64,000 nt of DNA, from contig CAYJRA010000001.1 in NCBI GenBank assembly GCA_964372465.1, forward strand, positions 21,845-85,844. Direction: 5' to 3'. The translations under genes and the position numbers were made by a program. The notes under the pieces were generated by a model. The model was given only the letters and a program-made list of their open reading frames with translations. It was not told where the DNA came from and ran no database searches. Each line of letters opens with the position of its first letter. Position 1 is the stretch's first letter. Origin of the DNA: an uncultured archaeon. Lineage in GTDB: Archaea; Aenigmatarchaeota; Aenigmatarchaeia; CG10238-14. Positions 39,619 through 47,997 of this stretch are shown here, in pieces.

Positions 39619-40848
39619 ATGTTAGATATAATACTGTTTTGTTTTTTTGGAGTAATTATAGGTAGTTTGGCTGGATTACTGCCAGGAATGCATCCAAATC
39701 AAATATATGTAATATTAATATCTTTGTTACCACTTCTTAGTTTTTTATCAAATCAGAATCTAATCGCCTTTATATTGTCTGTTTCTGTTTCCAACATAAT
39801 ATTAAATTACATACCAACGATTTTCTTTTCAATTCCTGATTCCAACACAATCATAAATGTTTTACCGGGCCATAAGATGGTATTAGAAGGTAAAGGTTTA
39901 GAAGCATTATATATAAGCCTTATATCTGGGATTTTAACGATGCTGATCTCAGTTCTATTGTTACCTATTTTTTTAATTGTGATACCATTACTGCATAAAA
40001 CTGTGTATAGCTATATTCATTTTTTATTGATTGGGTTAGTTTTTATAATGGCCTTCTTTGAAAGGGGTAATAAAAAATTTTTATTTATTTTAGTTTTCTT
40101 TATTTCCGGCTTTTGGGGGTTGGTAACTCTAAACTCACCTTTAATAAGGTCTGAAAATGTCCTATTCCCATCTTTAACAGGAATGTTTGGCGTTGCTGGG
40201 TTAATAATAGGTAGTTCAAACCTGAAACAATTACCAGCCCAAACTTTTGCAATAGACATAAATAAAAAAGAGTTTGTTAAAATTGTTTTATCTGCTGTAA
40301 TAGCTGGGCTGTTGATTGGAGTGCTCCCTGGAGCAGGTGAAAGTCAAGCTGGTGTATTGGTATCACACACGATCAAATTGTCAGATAGAGAGTTTTTAGG
40401 TACATTGGCCGGAATAAATGTATCGAACTTGTTGTTTTCTGTCGTATCGTTATTTAGTTTAGACAAAATCAGAAGCGGCACTGCTTCAGCGATCAATGAG
40501 GTTGTTTATAATTTTGATGCAAAGTTGCTCATATTCTCTGCCGGGGTTTTTATTTTTTCTAGTTCAATATCAATACTGATCGCCTGGTTTCTGGGAAAAA
40601 AACTGCTTAAATGGATAAGTCAAATCAATTATAACTTGGTTTCAAAAATCATAATATTATTCACGTGCATTTCTGTTATTTTAATTACTGGCTTTATGGG
40701 ATTTTCAATTTTGATAATTTCTATTTTCATAGGTTTCCTACCAATTTTATTTAAAATTAAAAGAACTAGTAATATGGGATATCTGATGCTTCCGACCATA
40801 ATATATTTTTCTGGGCTCAGTAACGTGATAAATTATCTATTTTTGTAA
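39619..40848 (+). CDS. Polytopic membrane protein, TctA/DUF112-like transporter
   Basis: About 11 TM helices. Duplicated GLLPGMHPNQ / GVLPGAGESQAG motifs recall the TctA family (from memory). Confidence 0.45.
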   Translation: MLDIILFCFFGVIIGSLAGLLPGMHPNQIYVILISLLPLLSFLSNQNLIAFILSVSVSNIILNYIPTIFFSIPDSNTIINVLPGHKMVLEGKGLEALYISLISGILTMLISVLLLPIFLIVIPLLHKTVYSYIHFLLIGLVFIMAFFERGNKKFLFILVFFISGFWGLVTLNSPLIRSENVLFPSLTGMFGVAGLIIGSSNLKQLPAQTFAIDINKKEFVKIVLSAVIAGLLIGVLPGAGESQAGVLVSHTIKLSDREFLGTLAGINVSNLLFSVVSLFSLDKIRSGTASAINEVVYNFDAKLLIFSAGVFIFSSSISILIAWFLGKKLLKWISQINYNLVSKIIILFTCISVILITGFMGFSILIISIFIGFLPILFKIKRTSNMGYLMLPTIIYFSGLSNVINYLFL

Positions 40849-40876
40849 CAATTCAGTCGCTTTTCGTATGGAGATG

Positions 40877-40899
40877 ACCCCCTTATTTCCTGTGGAAAA
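40877..40899 (+). promoter_or_regulatory. Origin recognition box (ORB) copy a
   Basis: ACCCCCTTATTTCCTGTGGAAAA: a C-string plus a perfect dyad TTTCC-TGT-GGAAA. The 14-mer ACCCCCTTATTTCC is identical to the two ORBs at the origin. Confidence 0.6.
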
Positions 40900-40946
40900 T
40901 CAACGTTTTCTTATTAAAAATTATGCAAATTGTATAGTCTCCTTCA

Positions 40947-40959
40947 TTTCTCATGGAAA
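40947..40959 (+). promoter_or_regulatory. mini-ORB-like dyad
   Basis: TTTCTCATGGAAA dyad without a C-string, 48 nt downstream of ORB a and just 3' of the polB stop. Confidence 0.35.
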
Positions 40960-40968
40960 GCCAATAAA

Positions 40969-43677
40969 TCACACCGGATTATAAAATTCCGATCTTTTTT
41001 CACCATCATAAAATAGTAACTGACTGCTACATAGATTGCATTTTATAGAAAGTGGAACTCTTCTAAAAACAGTATTACACCCTTTACAGATGACGCCATC
41101 AATACTCGTTAGAAACTTTTCATACCCATTCTCACTATTCGGTTCATTTTTAATAATATCAAAAAGACCCATTTGTTTGCCTATACCCATTAATTCTGAC
41201 TTGTTCACATTTAGTGACTCGAAAACTCTTTCTAGAGGGGGTAGTAATTGGCTCTCTATGTAATATTTGGAATCCACTTTTATACCAAGATTTTTGGCAT
41301 ATTCCGGGTCTTCAGCCCTTTTTGAAATCATACCGGTACCCTGAACTATAACAAACCCCACTCTATCACCAATACCAGGTGCTGTGATAATGTTCCTTTT
41401 TCTCATTTTTTTTACTAGTTCTACATGAGGTTGAACTCCTTTATATGTTTTAAGTGATTTGGAAATGCTTTTTGTTATTACAAGTTTGTTAATATCCATT
41501 TTACCTGTTTTTATTTGATCTATTTTGTCCCTTACTAATTTTAATGCTTTGCTTGTATTTTGCTCTTTCAAAATAGTGTTTAGAACTTCTTGGAGGATTT
41601 CTGAAACTAAGCTACACCAGTCTCTTCTAACTGTTTCTATTCCCTTCGTCACTATTGATTCGTCATATCCTGATGCTAATGGCTCAAAATTCCAGCCCGC
41701 ATATCTTTTTTTATTTAAAATAAGTAGTGTCTTAAAAACGCTCTCGATTTTTATTTTTAAAACACCTCCCAGCTCTTTATTAACAATTTGCGATAATTCC
41801 TCTCCTATTTTAAACGCTTTATCAACTTCTGTTGTCTTTGTTTTAACCATAACAGAATCCGTGTCTGCATAGATTACTGTGTATTCTTTTGATGTTTCTA
41901 TTATTAATTTTGTTTTACCTATCATATCCCTACCAACACCTGTTATGGTGTTTGCTATATCAATAACATATAATCTTGCCCGTATGTAACCAGAATATCC
42001 GTAAAAGGCATTAGCAATTGTCTTAAAAGCGTATTGTTTTGCGTAAAGATATCTTCTTTTATCTTCCGATTTTGCATTCTTCATTTCAACTTTTAGTTTA
42101 TCTCTCGTAGAGATCAAATATTCTAATATTTCTGGTATAATTCCTTTTCTGACTTTCTCTGTAACAAAAGACGTTCCGTGACTCGTAACGTTTTTCTCTA
42201 TGTCATTATCCTCAAGTAGTAAGGTTGTTGGACAAATATTAAGAGACATCATGATACTGGGGTACATGGATTTAAAGTCTAAATAAACAACACATTTGTC
42301 ATGAAAACCTATCATTGGCTTTAAAACAAACCCACCTTTAAGGCCACCTTTTCTTCTTTCTTCGTTTCTTTTATATAATTCATTGCTCTCAGGCCTACAT
42401 GGTAGGACAAAATTTCTTTTATTAAACTCTTTCAATAACAAATTTTCTATTCTTGCAGCTTCGCCGCCGTCTAATACGTCTTGCAGCAACAGACCTGATA
42501 CCTTCGACATTTCAAAAAATTTATCCAACATGTTTTTTTCAAAAATTATTCTTAACGGCAGTTCAGCATCCTTCCTGCTATAATCTATGAGTTTTTCAAA
42601 TTTTTCGCCATTGTCAGCCCAAAATTTAGATATTTCGCTATGGGCGACATCTACTTTAGATTCGCCTAAAATTAGTTTTGAAACGTCCCCCAAGCCAAAT
42701 CTCTTTAGTTCACGGTAAAGACCAAATTTTGCTGTAGCCTCTTTAATAAGATCATAGACATCAACAACTACTCTGCCTGGTATAACAGCCTTCTGCTTAT
42801 TTGCAAATTTGTCAAGTCTTATTGGTTTTTGTGCACATCTACCTAAGTTTCTATTAACATTGTTTTTTGCAAGTCTAGTATCTATAAAAGGTAAATCAAA
42901 ATTAGTACTGTTATAACCTAGAATTATATCTGGATCAAAATTATCAATAATTCTTAAAAATTCTTCCAACATTTCTTTTTCTGAATCGAATGATAATGTA
43001 TTGTCATATTTTTTAGTTCTTTTAGCTATCAGCACTAAACTGCTTTTTTCCTTGTATGTTGGATAGAATACCAAGCTTATTAATATTATTTGATCTTTTT
43101 CTGGATCAGGCAAGCCGCCGTCGGATGAAACAGTTTCAATATCTATACTTAAGTATTTCAGTAAGCTGTTTTCTTCTATGTTTAAATCACTGAAAGAGGT
43201 TGCTTGAATTTTTTTTTCTGTTTTTACAACACCTGTTTTTACGTTTTCTCCTGTGGCTCTATACCATCTCATACCGTGTATGTTAAGATCTGTCATAAAT
43301 CTATACTTAAACAATATATCTGCTTCGAATATTTCTTTGACATTCACGTTTAGTTTTAAATCATCACGTATATTTGGAACGACAGCCGGGTTGGTTAATG
43401 TCACTTTTAGCATGTTTAATGGTTTGCTCTTAAATCCGATGGCAGGAAATTTTTCTTCATTCTCTATTTTAAGAATAATTCCTTTGTATTTTTTTATCAG
43501 ATAATCTTTGATTTCTTCTTCTTTTCCAGAATTCGTTAAAATAAAAAAATATGGTAAAAAATTCTCAAAAAAAACTGTTATTGATGAATTATCTTTTGTC
43601 CTACCAAAAAGTCTTACAGTAGGTTTAGAATTAGTCAAAATATAATCTGCATCCAAAATCTGAAAATCTAATTCCAT
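40969..43677 (-). CDS. polB: Family-B DNA polymerase (PolB) with C-terminal zinc-ribbon extension
   Basis: Exo I SIDIET, Exo II YNSTNFDLPF, Exo III YSRKDAELPL, Pol A DFKSMYPSIM, Pol B KTIANAFYGY, Pol C YADTDS. After the usual C-terminus (YYIESQLLPPLERV...GLFDIIKN) come ~58 extra residues containing CKGC-x12-CNLC. Confidence 0.95.
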   Translation of the reverse strand: MELDFQILDADYILTNSKPTVRLFGRTKDNSSITVFFENFLPYFFILTNSGKEEEIKDYLIKKYKGIILKIENEEKFPAIGFKSKPLNMLKVTLTNPAVVPNIRDDLKLNVNVKEIFEADILFKYRFMTDLNIHGMRWYRATGENVKTGVVKTEKKIQATSFSDLNIEENSLLKYLSIDIETVSSDGGLPDPEKDQIILISLVFYPTYKEKSSLVLIAKRTKKYDNTLSFDSEKEMLEEFLRIIDNFDPDIILGYNSTNFDLPFIDTRLAKNNVNRNLGRCAQKPIRLDKFANKQKAVIPGRVVVDVYDLIKEATAKFGLYRELKRFGLGDVSKLILGESKVDVAHSEISKFWADNGEKFEKLIDYSRKDAELPLRIIFEKNMLDKFFEMSKVSGLLLQDVLDGGEAARIENLLLKEFNKRNFVLPCRPESNELYKRNEERRKGGLKGGFVLKPMIGFHDKCVVYLDFKSMYPSIMMSLNICPTTLLLEDNDIEKNVTSHGTSFVTEKVRKGIIPEILEYLISTRDKLKVEMKNAKSEDKRRYLYAKQYAFKTIANAFYGYSGYIRARLYVIDIANTITGVGRDMIGKTKLIIETSKEYTVIYADTDSVMVKTKTTEVDKAFKIGEELSQIVNKELGGVLKIKIESVFKTLLILNKKRYAGWNFEPLASGYDESIVTKGIETVRRDWCSLVSEILQEVLNTILKEQNTSKALKLVRDKIDQIKTGKMDINKLVITKSISKSLKTYKGVQPHVELVKKMRKRNIITAPGIGDRVGFVIVQGTGMISKRAEDPEYAKNLGIKVDSKYYIESQLLPPLERVFESLNVNKSELMGIGKQMGLFDIIKNEPNSENGYEKFLTSIDGVICKGCNTVFRRVPLSIKCNLCSSQLLFYDGEKRSEFYNPV

Positions 43678-43707
43678 AATATTAATATGATAGCATGTTA
43701 TTTAGGT

Positions 43708-44760
43708 TTATTCTATCTTAATAACTTCTCTTGTTTTTAGGTTTAGTGAGTATATTTTATAATCTCCAACGGATATTATACTGGTCCCTTTGTAGTTCTT
43801 ACAAATTGCGGGCTCTATATTTGTAACTACCATGTCAGGTATTTCTTCCAAGACAAAATCAGTTTTTGCCGTATTAAAAATTTTTTCGTTCTTTGGAATG
43901 ATATATCTTTTTTTTAAAAAAATTTCTATATCAAAGGAAGAAACTGTTATTTGATGTCTTTCATAAAAAATTTTAGGTAAAAAAAGTGTTTTCACTGTGT
44001 TAATCTCTATTAACCTTGGTTGATTAATTTCTGTTTTTACAAGTTTCTCTGTTTCTTTTTTCATATCTAACAATAAAGAGTTCGTATCAAAAGAAAAGTA
44101 GAGATTAGTTTTTACGTCTCCTATCAGTTCTAAGTTAACAAAATTATCCGGTAGTAATAATATATTTATATCATTTTTTGATCTGTTTATTTTTCTATCC
44201 AATTCGATATCGGGATAATAAATGTGTTCTAAATTAAATTTAGAATTCATGCGTCTGCATTTAAAACCCGCTGCATCATCCAATTCAATGTCATCCATCT
44301 TCTCTTTTAGTTTGAGATCAAAATGTATTTCCAACTCCCCTGTCGTATCTTCAACAACCATTTGATTTTGGAGCTTGTCTCTTACAATGCCTATTATACA
44401 AAATTCCGTTGTTTTAGGAGTTATTTTGTTAATTGAGACTAACTTCTCTAAATTGTTGTTTTTCTGAATTAACTTGCTTAATTTTTCATATTTTATTGCA
44501 TAACTGTTAGCAAAATCGTTTATATTGAGCTCCTTTTTTTCATATGAATAAATCCTCATATCGTTTATATCAATTCTTTCCTCTGTTCTATTTTTAATTT
44601 TCTTTATATGATCCTGAGTCACTATAAATGGTCGTGGATTCAGCTTATTTATTTCATTAATAATAAACTGTGGTTCTGATATTACTAATGGCAACACGTC
44701 TTTTGATATTTGAAAACCGTTATCCAGAAATAATTTTACTGCTTCTCGTTCATCCATCAT
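43708..44760 (-). CDS. PolD small-subunit (DP1)-like protein with degraded phosphodiesterase motifs
   Basis: N-terminal EAVKLFLDNGFQISKDVLPLV. OB fold FCIIGIVRDKLQNQMVVEDTTGELEIHF...LDDAAGFKCRR...YYPDIELDRK, which parallels Pyrococcus DP1 (TIIGLVNSK..FEVEDKTGIVKVFL...LPDAVVAFKG...YLPDVPLYRK). The expected SDIHVG reads PDNFVN, GDVVDG reads GDVKTN, there is no GNHD, and GHVH reads TNIE within conserved VLEEIPDMVV context. Confidence 0.7.
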   Translation of the reverse strand: MMDEREAVKLFLDNGFQISKDVLPLVISEPQFIINEINKLNPRPFIVTQDHIKKIKNRTEERIDINDMRIYSYEKKELNINDFANSYAIKYEKLSKLIQKNNNLEKLVSINKITPKTTEFCIIGIVRDKLQNQMVVEDTTGELEIHFDLKLKEKMDDIELDDAAGFKCRRMNSKFNLEHIYYPDIELDRKINRSKNDINILLLPDNFVNLELIGDVKTNLYFSFDTNSLLLDMKKETEKLVKTEINQPRLIEINTVKTLFLPKIFYERHQITVSSFDIEIFLKKRYIIPKNEKIFNTAKTDFVLEEIPDMVVTNIEPAICKNYKGTSIISVGDYKIYSLNLKTREVIKIE

Positions 44761-45965
44761 ATCACTAAATCCTGATTTAATATGTCTTTTATCCTCTCTT
44801 TTACTGTTTGTGATAAACTGAGTTTTATTTCACGTGTTCTGCCATATCTCCCTAAAGAAACTATTTTTGCATTGATTATACCAGTCATGTCCAACTCAGA
44901 AATTAAATCAGAAATTCTTCTTTGAGTTAATGGATATAAACCTGCTTCTTTACATTTGTTCTCGTAAATTCCATAAATATCACCTGTTTGTATATCCTCT
45001 CTTTTTTGGTCAACCAATTGAATTGTAGACCATAAAACAATTTTTGTTTGTTTTGGTAATGATTTTACAGACTCTATTATCCTGTCATAATCTATTTTAT
45101 CCTGAGCAAAATCAACGTGTTTTTCTGTTATTTTTGACTCGTTGCCTCTCTCAACAATTTCACCAGCTACTCTAAGTAGATCTAATGCTCTTCTAGCATC
45201 ACCGTGCTCTTGAGCTGCAAGCGCGGCACACTTGGGTATAACTTCTTCTGATAATACATTTGGATGAAATCCTATTTCAGCTCTATGCTTAAGTATGTCC
45301 TGTAATTCCAAAGCATTATAAGGTGGGAACAGCAATTCTTCCTCGCTTAGAGAGCTTTTTACACGCGGATCTAATATGTCTATAAAATGAAGGTCATTCG
45401 TTATTCCTATTATAGCCATTTTAGCCTTTTTCAGTTCTTGGTTTACTCTAGTAAAATTGTAAAGAAAACTATCACCCATCTTTTCAACAAGGTTGTCTAC
45501 TTCATCCAGAATAACTATTACTACCCAGTCTTTTGAGTCAATAATATTAAAAAATGTTTGGTAAACGGTTTCCGTGGGAAGACCTGTAGCAGGAACTTCT
45601 TCTCCTAACAATCTGATTAACTCGGCAATTAACCTGTATTCTGTATCAGCAACCTTCTTCATCTTACAGTTAATATAAAGCATCTTAACAAGATTTATGC
45701 CTTGGTGCGACATTTTTTCAAGTTCGTCACCAACATATCTAGCACAAAGGGTTTTTCCCGTGCCAGTGAGGCCATAAATAAAAATGTTGGATGGTCTACC
45801 GCCTTTTAGAGATGGGGCTAAAATAGATGCAAGTGTATTTATTTGCTCATTTCTATGGGGAATTGTTTCGGGGGTAAAATGAGATGTTAACGCGTCTCTA
45901 TTATTGAATAAGGGCACTGATTTTGTTATAAATTCTTGAAAAATTGTTTGGATATTACGAGGCAT
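44757..45965 (-). CDS. cdc6: Orc1/Cdc6 replication initiator
   Basis: Walker A GLTGTGKT, Walker B VIVILDEVD, sensor and winged-helix C-terminus (YPLTQRRISDLISELDMTGII). 4-nt overlap with the DP1-like gene. Confidence 0.95.
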   Translation of the reverse strand: MPRNIQTIFQEFITKSVPLFNNRDALTSHFTPETIPHRNEQINTLASILAPSLKGGRPSNIFIYGLTGTGKTLCARYVGDELEKMSHQGINLVKMLYINCKMKKVADTEYRLIAELIRLLGEEVPATGLPTETVYQTFFNIIDSKDWVVIVILDEVDNLVEKMGDSFLYNFTRVNQELKKAKMAIIGITNDLHFIDILDPRVKSSLSEEELLFPPYNALELQDILKHRAEIGFHPNVLSEEVIPKCAALAAQEHGDARRALDLLRVAGEIVERGNESKITEKHVDFAQDKIDYDRIIESVKSLPKQTKIVLWSTIQLVDQKREDIQTGDIYGIYENKCKEAGLYPLTQRRISDLISELDMTGIINAKIVSLGRYGRTREIKLSLSQTVKERIKDILNQDLVI

Positions 45966-46025
45966 AATACTTATTTTTCCTGATGAAATAAAGCTTTTTC
46001 TATTGGAAAATATATAATCCCTCCC

Positions 46026-46048
46026 ACCCCCTTATTTCCATTGTAAAC
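46026..46048 (+). promoter_or_regulatory. ORB copy b
   Basis: ACCCCCTTATTTCCATTGTAAAC. The 14-mer is identical to ORB a, with an imperfect dyad. Confidence 0.7.
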
Positions 46049-46305
46049 ATATAATTAACATATTTACAATTATAACAGTATTATAATTAATTTAATAGTT
46101 CGGAAAGTAAACAAAAATTGACCTTATAAATTAAGTTGAAAGAGACCTTTACGACCCAAAATATGTGATTTTAATGAAAATAAAGGTTTTAGACCCAAAA
46201 AAACAATTTTACATTAGTTTTATAAAAGTCTTGAAAGTAGTTTTTTTTGAATTCCGTAAACAGCAATTGGAAATGTAGTCAAAAACCAACTAAACACATT
46301 GTTAC

Positions 46306-46328
46306 TCTTTCATAGGAAATAAGGGGGT
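46306..46328 (-). promoter_or_regulatory. ORB copy c (inverted)
   Basis: The reverse complement reads ACCCCCTTATTTCCTATGAAAGA. It is inverted relative to ORB b across the AT-rich segment. Confidence 0.7.
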
Positions 46329-46332
46329 GACA

Positions 46333-47019
46333 TTATTTTTCTGTTAGATTAAACACATTACCTTCTGCTATATTATCTTTTATAGAAATTAACCCAAAAT
46401 AGCCTTCTGATATTCTACCCGGGTTCAGTAGTAACGTACTTCCTATACGGTCTACTCCTCTGGCTTCATGAATATGAGCAGAAACAGATGCCAGCGGTCT
46501 TTTCATTTCAATAAAATCCCTTATTACTTTTGATCCAACATGTGCGCCTGCGGATACCATATCTAATCTAGTATTTAACGGGGGCATATGAGTTAATTGT
46601 ATTTTTTTTGCCACGTTCTTGACATCATTCCACCCTCTTTCTAAATTATTTTTTAATTCTTCCTCTGTTGGTTCTATATTCGTATTAAAAGGTGTTTTTG
46701 CTCCACCATAGCCATAAAACCCCACATCCTTTAAAACAACACCCTTGCCGTGTATGCTTATATTTTCCCTTGTTATTATATCCACAACCTTTAACGTATC
46801 ATTGTTTCCGGGCACACAAAAAATAGGCTTCTTAAGCAATTTTAATTCCTCTATTATTAATGATGCTATCTCTTCTTGAGTGAATCCCTTAGGTGTGGTT
46901 ACGTCTGTAAAGTCCCCCGTATATAAAACGGCATCAAAATTAAACCTTTTTAATTTTTCTAAAAAAATTAACATGTTTTCTATATCGTTATGATTATCTC
47001 CTATTGCTATAATATTCAT
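46333..47019 (-). CDS. Calcineurin-like metallophosphoesterase (Icc-related, stand-alone)
   Basis: Motifs IAIGDNHND (DxH), YTGDFTD (GDxxD), VPGNNDT (GNxD), THMPP, SAHIHE (GHxH-type). Confidence 0.75.
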   Translation of the reverse strand: MNIIAIGDNHNDIENMLIFLEKLKRFNFDAVLYTGDFTDVTTPKGFTQEEIASLIIEELKLLKKPIFCVPGNNDTLKVVDIITRENISIHGKGVVLKDVGFYGYGGAKTPFNTNIEPTEEELKNNLERGWNDVKNVAKKIQLTHMPPLNTRLDMVSAGAHVGSKVIRDFIEMKRPLASVSAHIHEARGVDRIGSTLLLNPGRISEGYFGLISIKDNIAEGNVFNLTEK

Positions 47020-47026
47020 ACAATCA

Positions 47027-47329
47027 CTATAACCTTTCTATTACAAATTCCTTTTTCTTTCCGAATTTAAGCCATATTTCAACTGGTATTTTGTGTTCTT
47101 CTCCGAGTTTCTTTATCAAATCTAACTGATCCTTTTCTCTTGGATTTGGGTAATATTTGTTTTTTTTAGTTCCTTTAATCTCAACAATTTTTTCTATTCT
47201 ATCTTCATTGGGTTTTAGTACAATAAAATCAGATGACTGCCCTATGCTCATTTTTATAACATTTTGTCTTCCATATTTTTTACTCAATTCCTTTTTTGCT
47301 AAATATTCTGAATAATATCCTTTCCTCAT
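47027..47329 (-). CDS. hjc: Holliday junction resolvase Hjc-like (short)
   Basis: MRKGYYSEYLAKKELSKKYG..SSDFIVLK..IVEIKGTKKNKYY...IPVEIWLKF parallels Hjc (KG..E......L...G ... D ... IEVK.TKK ... V.VKF), with the E-D-E-K catalytic pattern preserved. Only 100 aa. Confidence 0.55.
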   Translation of the reverse strand: MRKGYYSEYLAKKELSKKYGRQNVIKMSIGQSSDFIVLKPNEDRIEKIVEIKGTKKNKYYPNPREKDQLDLIKKLGEEHKIPVEIWLKFGKKKEFVIERL

Positions 47330-47378
47330 TTAATCACAATATTATTAAATATTAATAAAAATAAATTGAATTGGTAAA

Positions 47379-47954
47379 ATGAAGAAAAAAATACAGTTGT
47401 TATTTGGTAGGTTTTTTTCTAGAAACAGTCTTTTAGTAAAAGACATTATGATAAAAAACCCACTTAGAATCAATAGTGAAGAAAATGTTCAGAAAGCCGC
47501 TAAATTAATGTCGGACCATAGGATAGGCACAGTTGTTGTCGTAAAGAACAAACAACCAATAGGCATCTTGACAGATACAGATTTAACCAAAAAAATTGTT
47601 TCTATATCCAAAGACCCCGCCAAAGTTAAAGTTTCGGAGATAATGTCATCCCCTCTGATATTTTCATCATCAGGTGACAAGATTGTTGATGTTGCATCTA
47701 AAATGAAAAAACACAGAATAAAAAGAATTCCAATAATTGATAATGGTGATTTGGTTGGTATTTTGACCACCACTGACATCGCAAGAAACGTTCCAGAAAT
47801 GCTGGATCTGTTGGAAGCAAGACTTTTAATGAGAGATAGTCAACCTACAATAGAAGAATCAACTACCTCAGGCATCTGTGAGGAATGTGGTAATTATTCT
47901 AGTAATTTAATTTTTCAGAACGATGAATGGTTATGTGAAGATTGTAAGGAATAA
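47379..47954 (+). CDS. CBS-pair protein with C-terminal zinc ribbon
   Basis: Two CBS repeats (VKDIMIKNP...HRIGTVVVV; VSEIMSSPL...HRIKRIPII..GILTTTDI) and CEECGN...CEDC. Confidence 0.75.
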   Translation: MKKKIQLLFGRFFSRNSLLVKDIMIKNPLRINSEENVQKAAKLMSDHRIGTVVVVKNKQPIGILTDTDLTKKIVSISKDPAKVKVSEIMSSPLIFSSSGDKIVDVASKMKKHRIKRIPIIDNGDLVGILTTTDIARNVPEMLDLLEARLLMRDSQPTIEESTTSGICEECGNYSSNLIFQNDEWLCEDCKE

Positions 47955-47997
47955 TAAATCAATAATTATTCATAAAACAAGTATATACTAGATTCAA

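Larger units (their letters stand above)
45966..46332. promoter_or_regulatory. Chromosomal replication origin (oriC)
   Basis: A 367-bp intergenic region upstream of cdc6. Two inverted full ORBs (46026-46048 on +, 46306-46328 on -) flank ~260 bp of AT-rich DNA. That DNA contains a direct repeat GACCCAAAA (46153-46161 and 46192-46200). Degenerate ORB-like elements lie at 45970-45989 and 45995-46010. Confidence 0.75.

Noticed and set aside
45980-45987. CTGATGA (C-box-like) in the origin spacer as a possible C/D box sRNA next to replication genes
   Set aside because: No D box (CTGA) or C'/D' arrangement lies within the following ~70 nt. The motif is part of a degenerate ORB-like element.
46333-47019. 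The stand-alone metallophosphoesterase across the origin as the split-off active PDE domain of the degraded DP1-like protein
   Set aside because: The idea is attractive given its position. However, the motif set (GDNH, GDFTD, GNND, AHIHE) and the 228-aa size fit ordinary Icc/COG2129-type stand-alone phosphoesterases. The gene lies on the far side of the origin, downstream of hjc in a separate reverse-strand gene pair. The DP1-like ORF also retains its own (dead) PDE remnant through to the C-terminus. There is no sequence evidence for a split.
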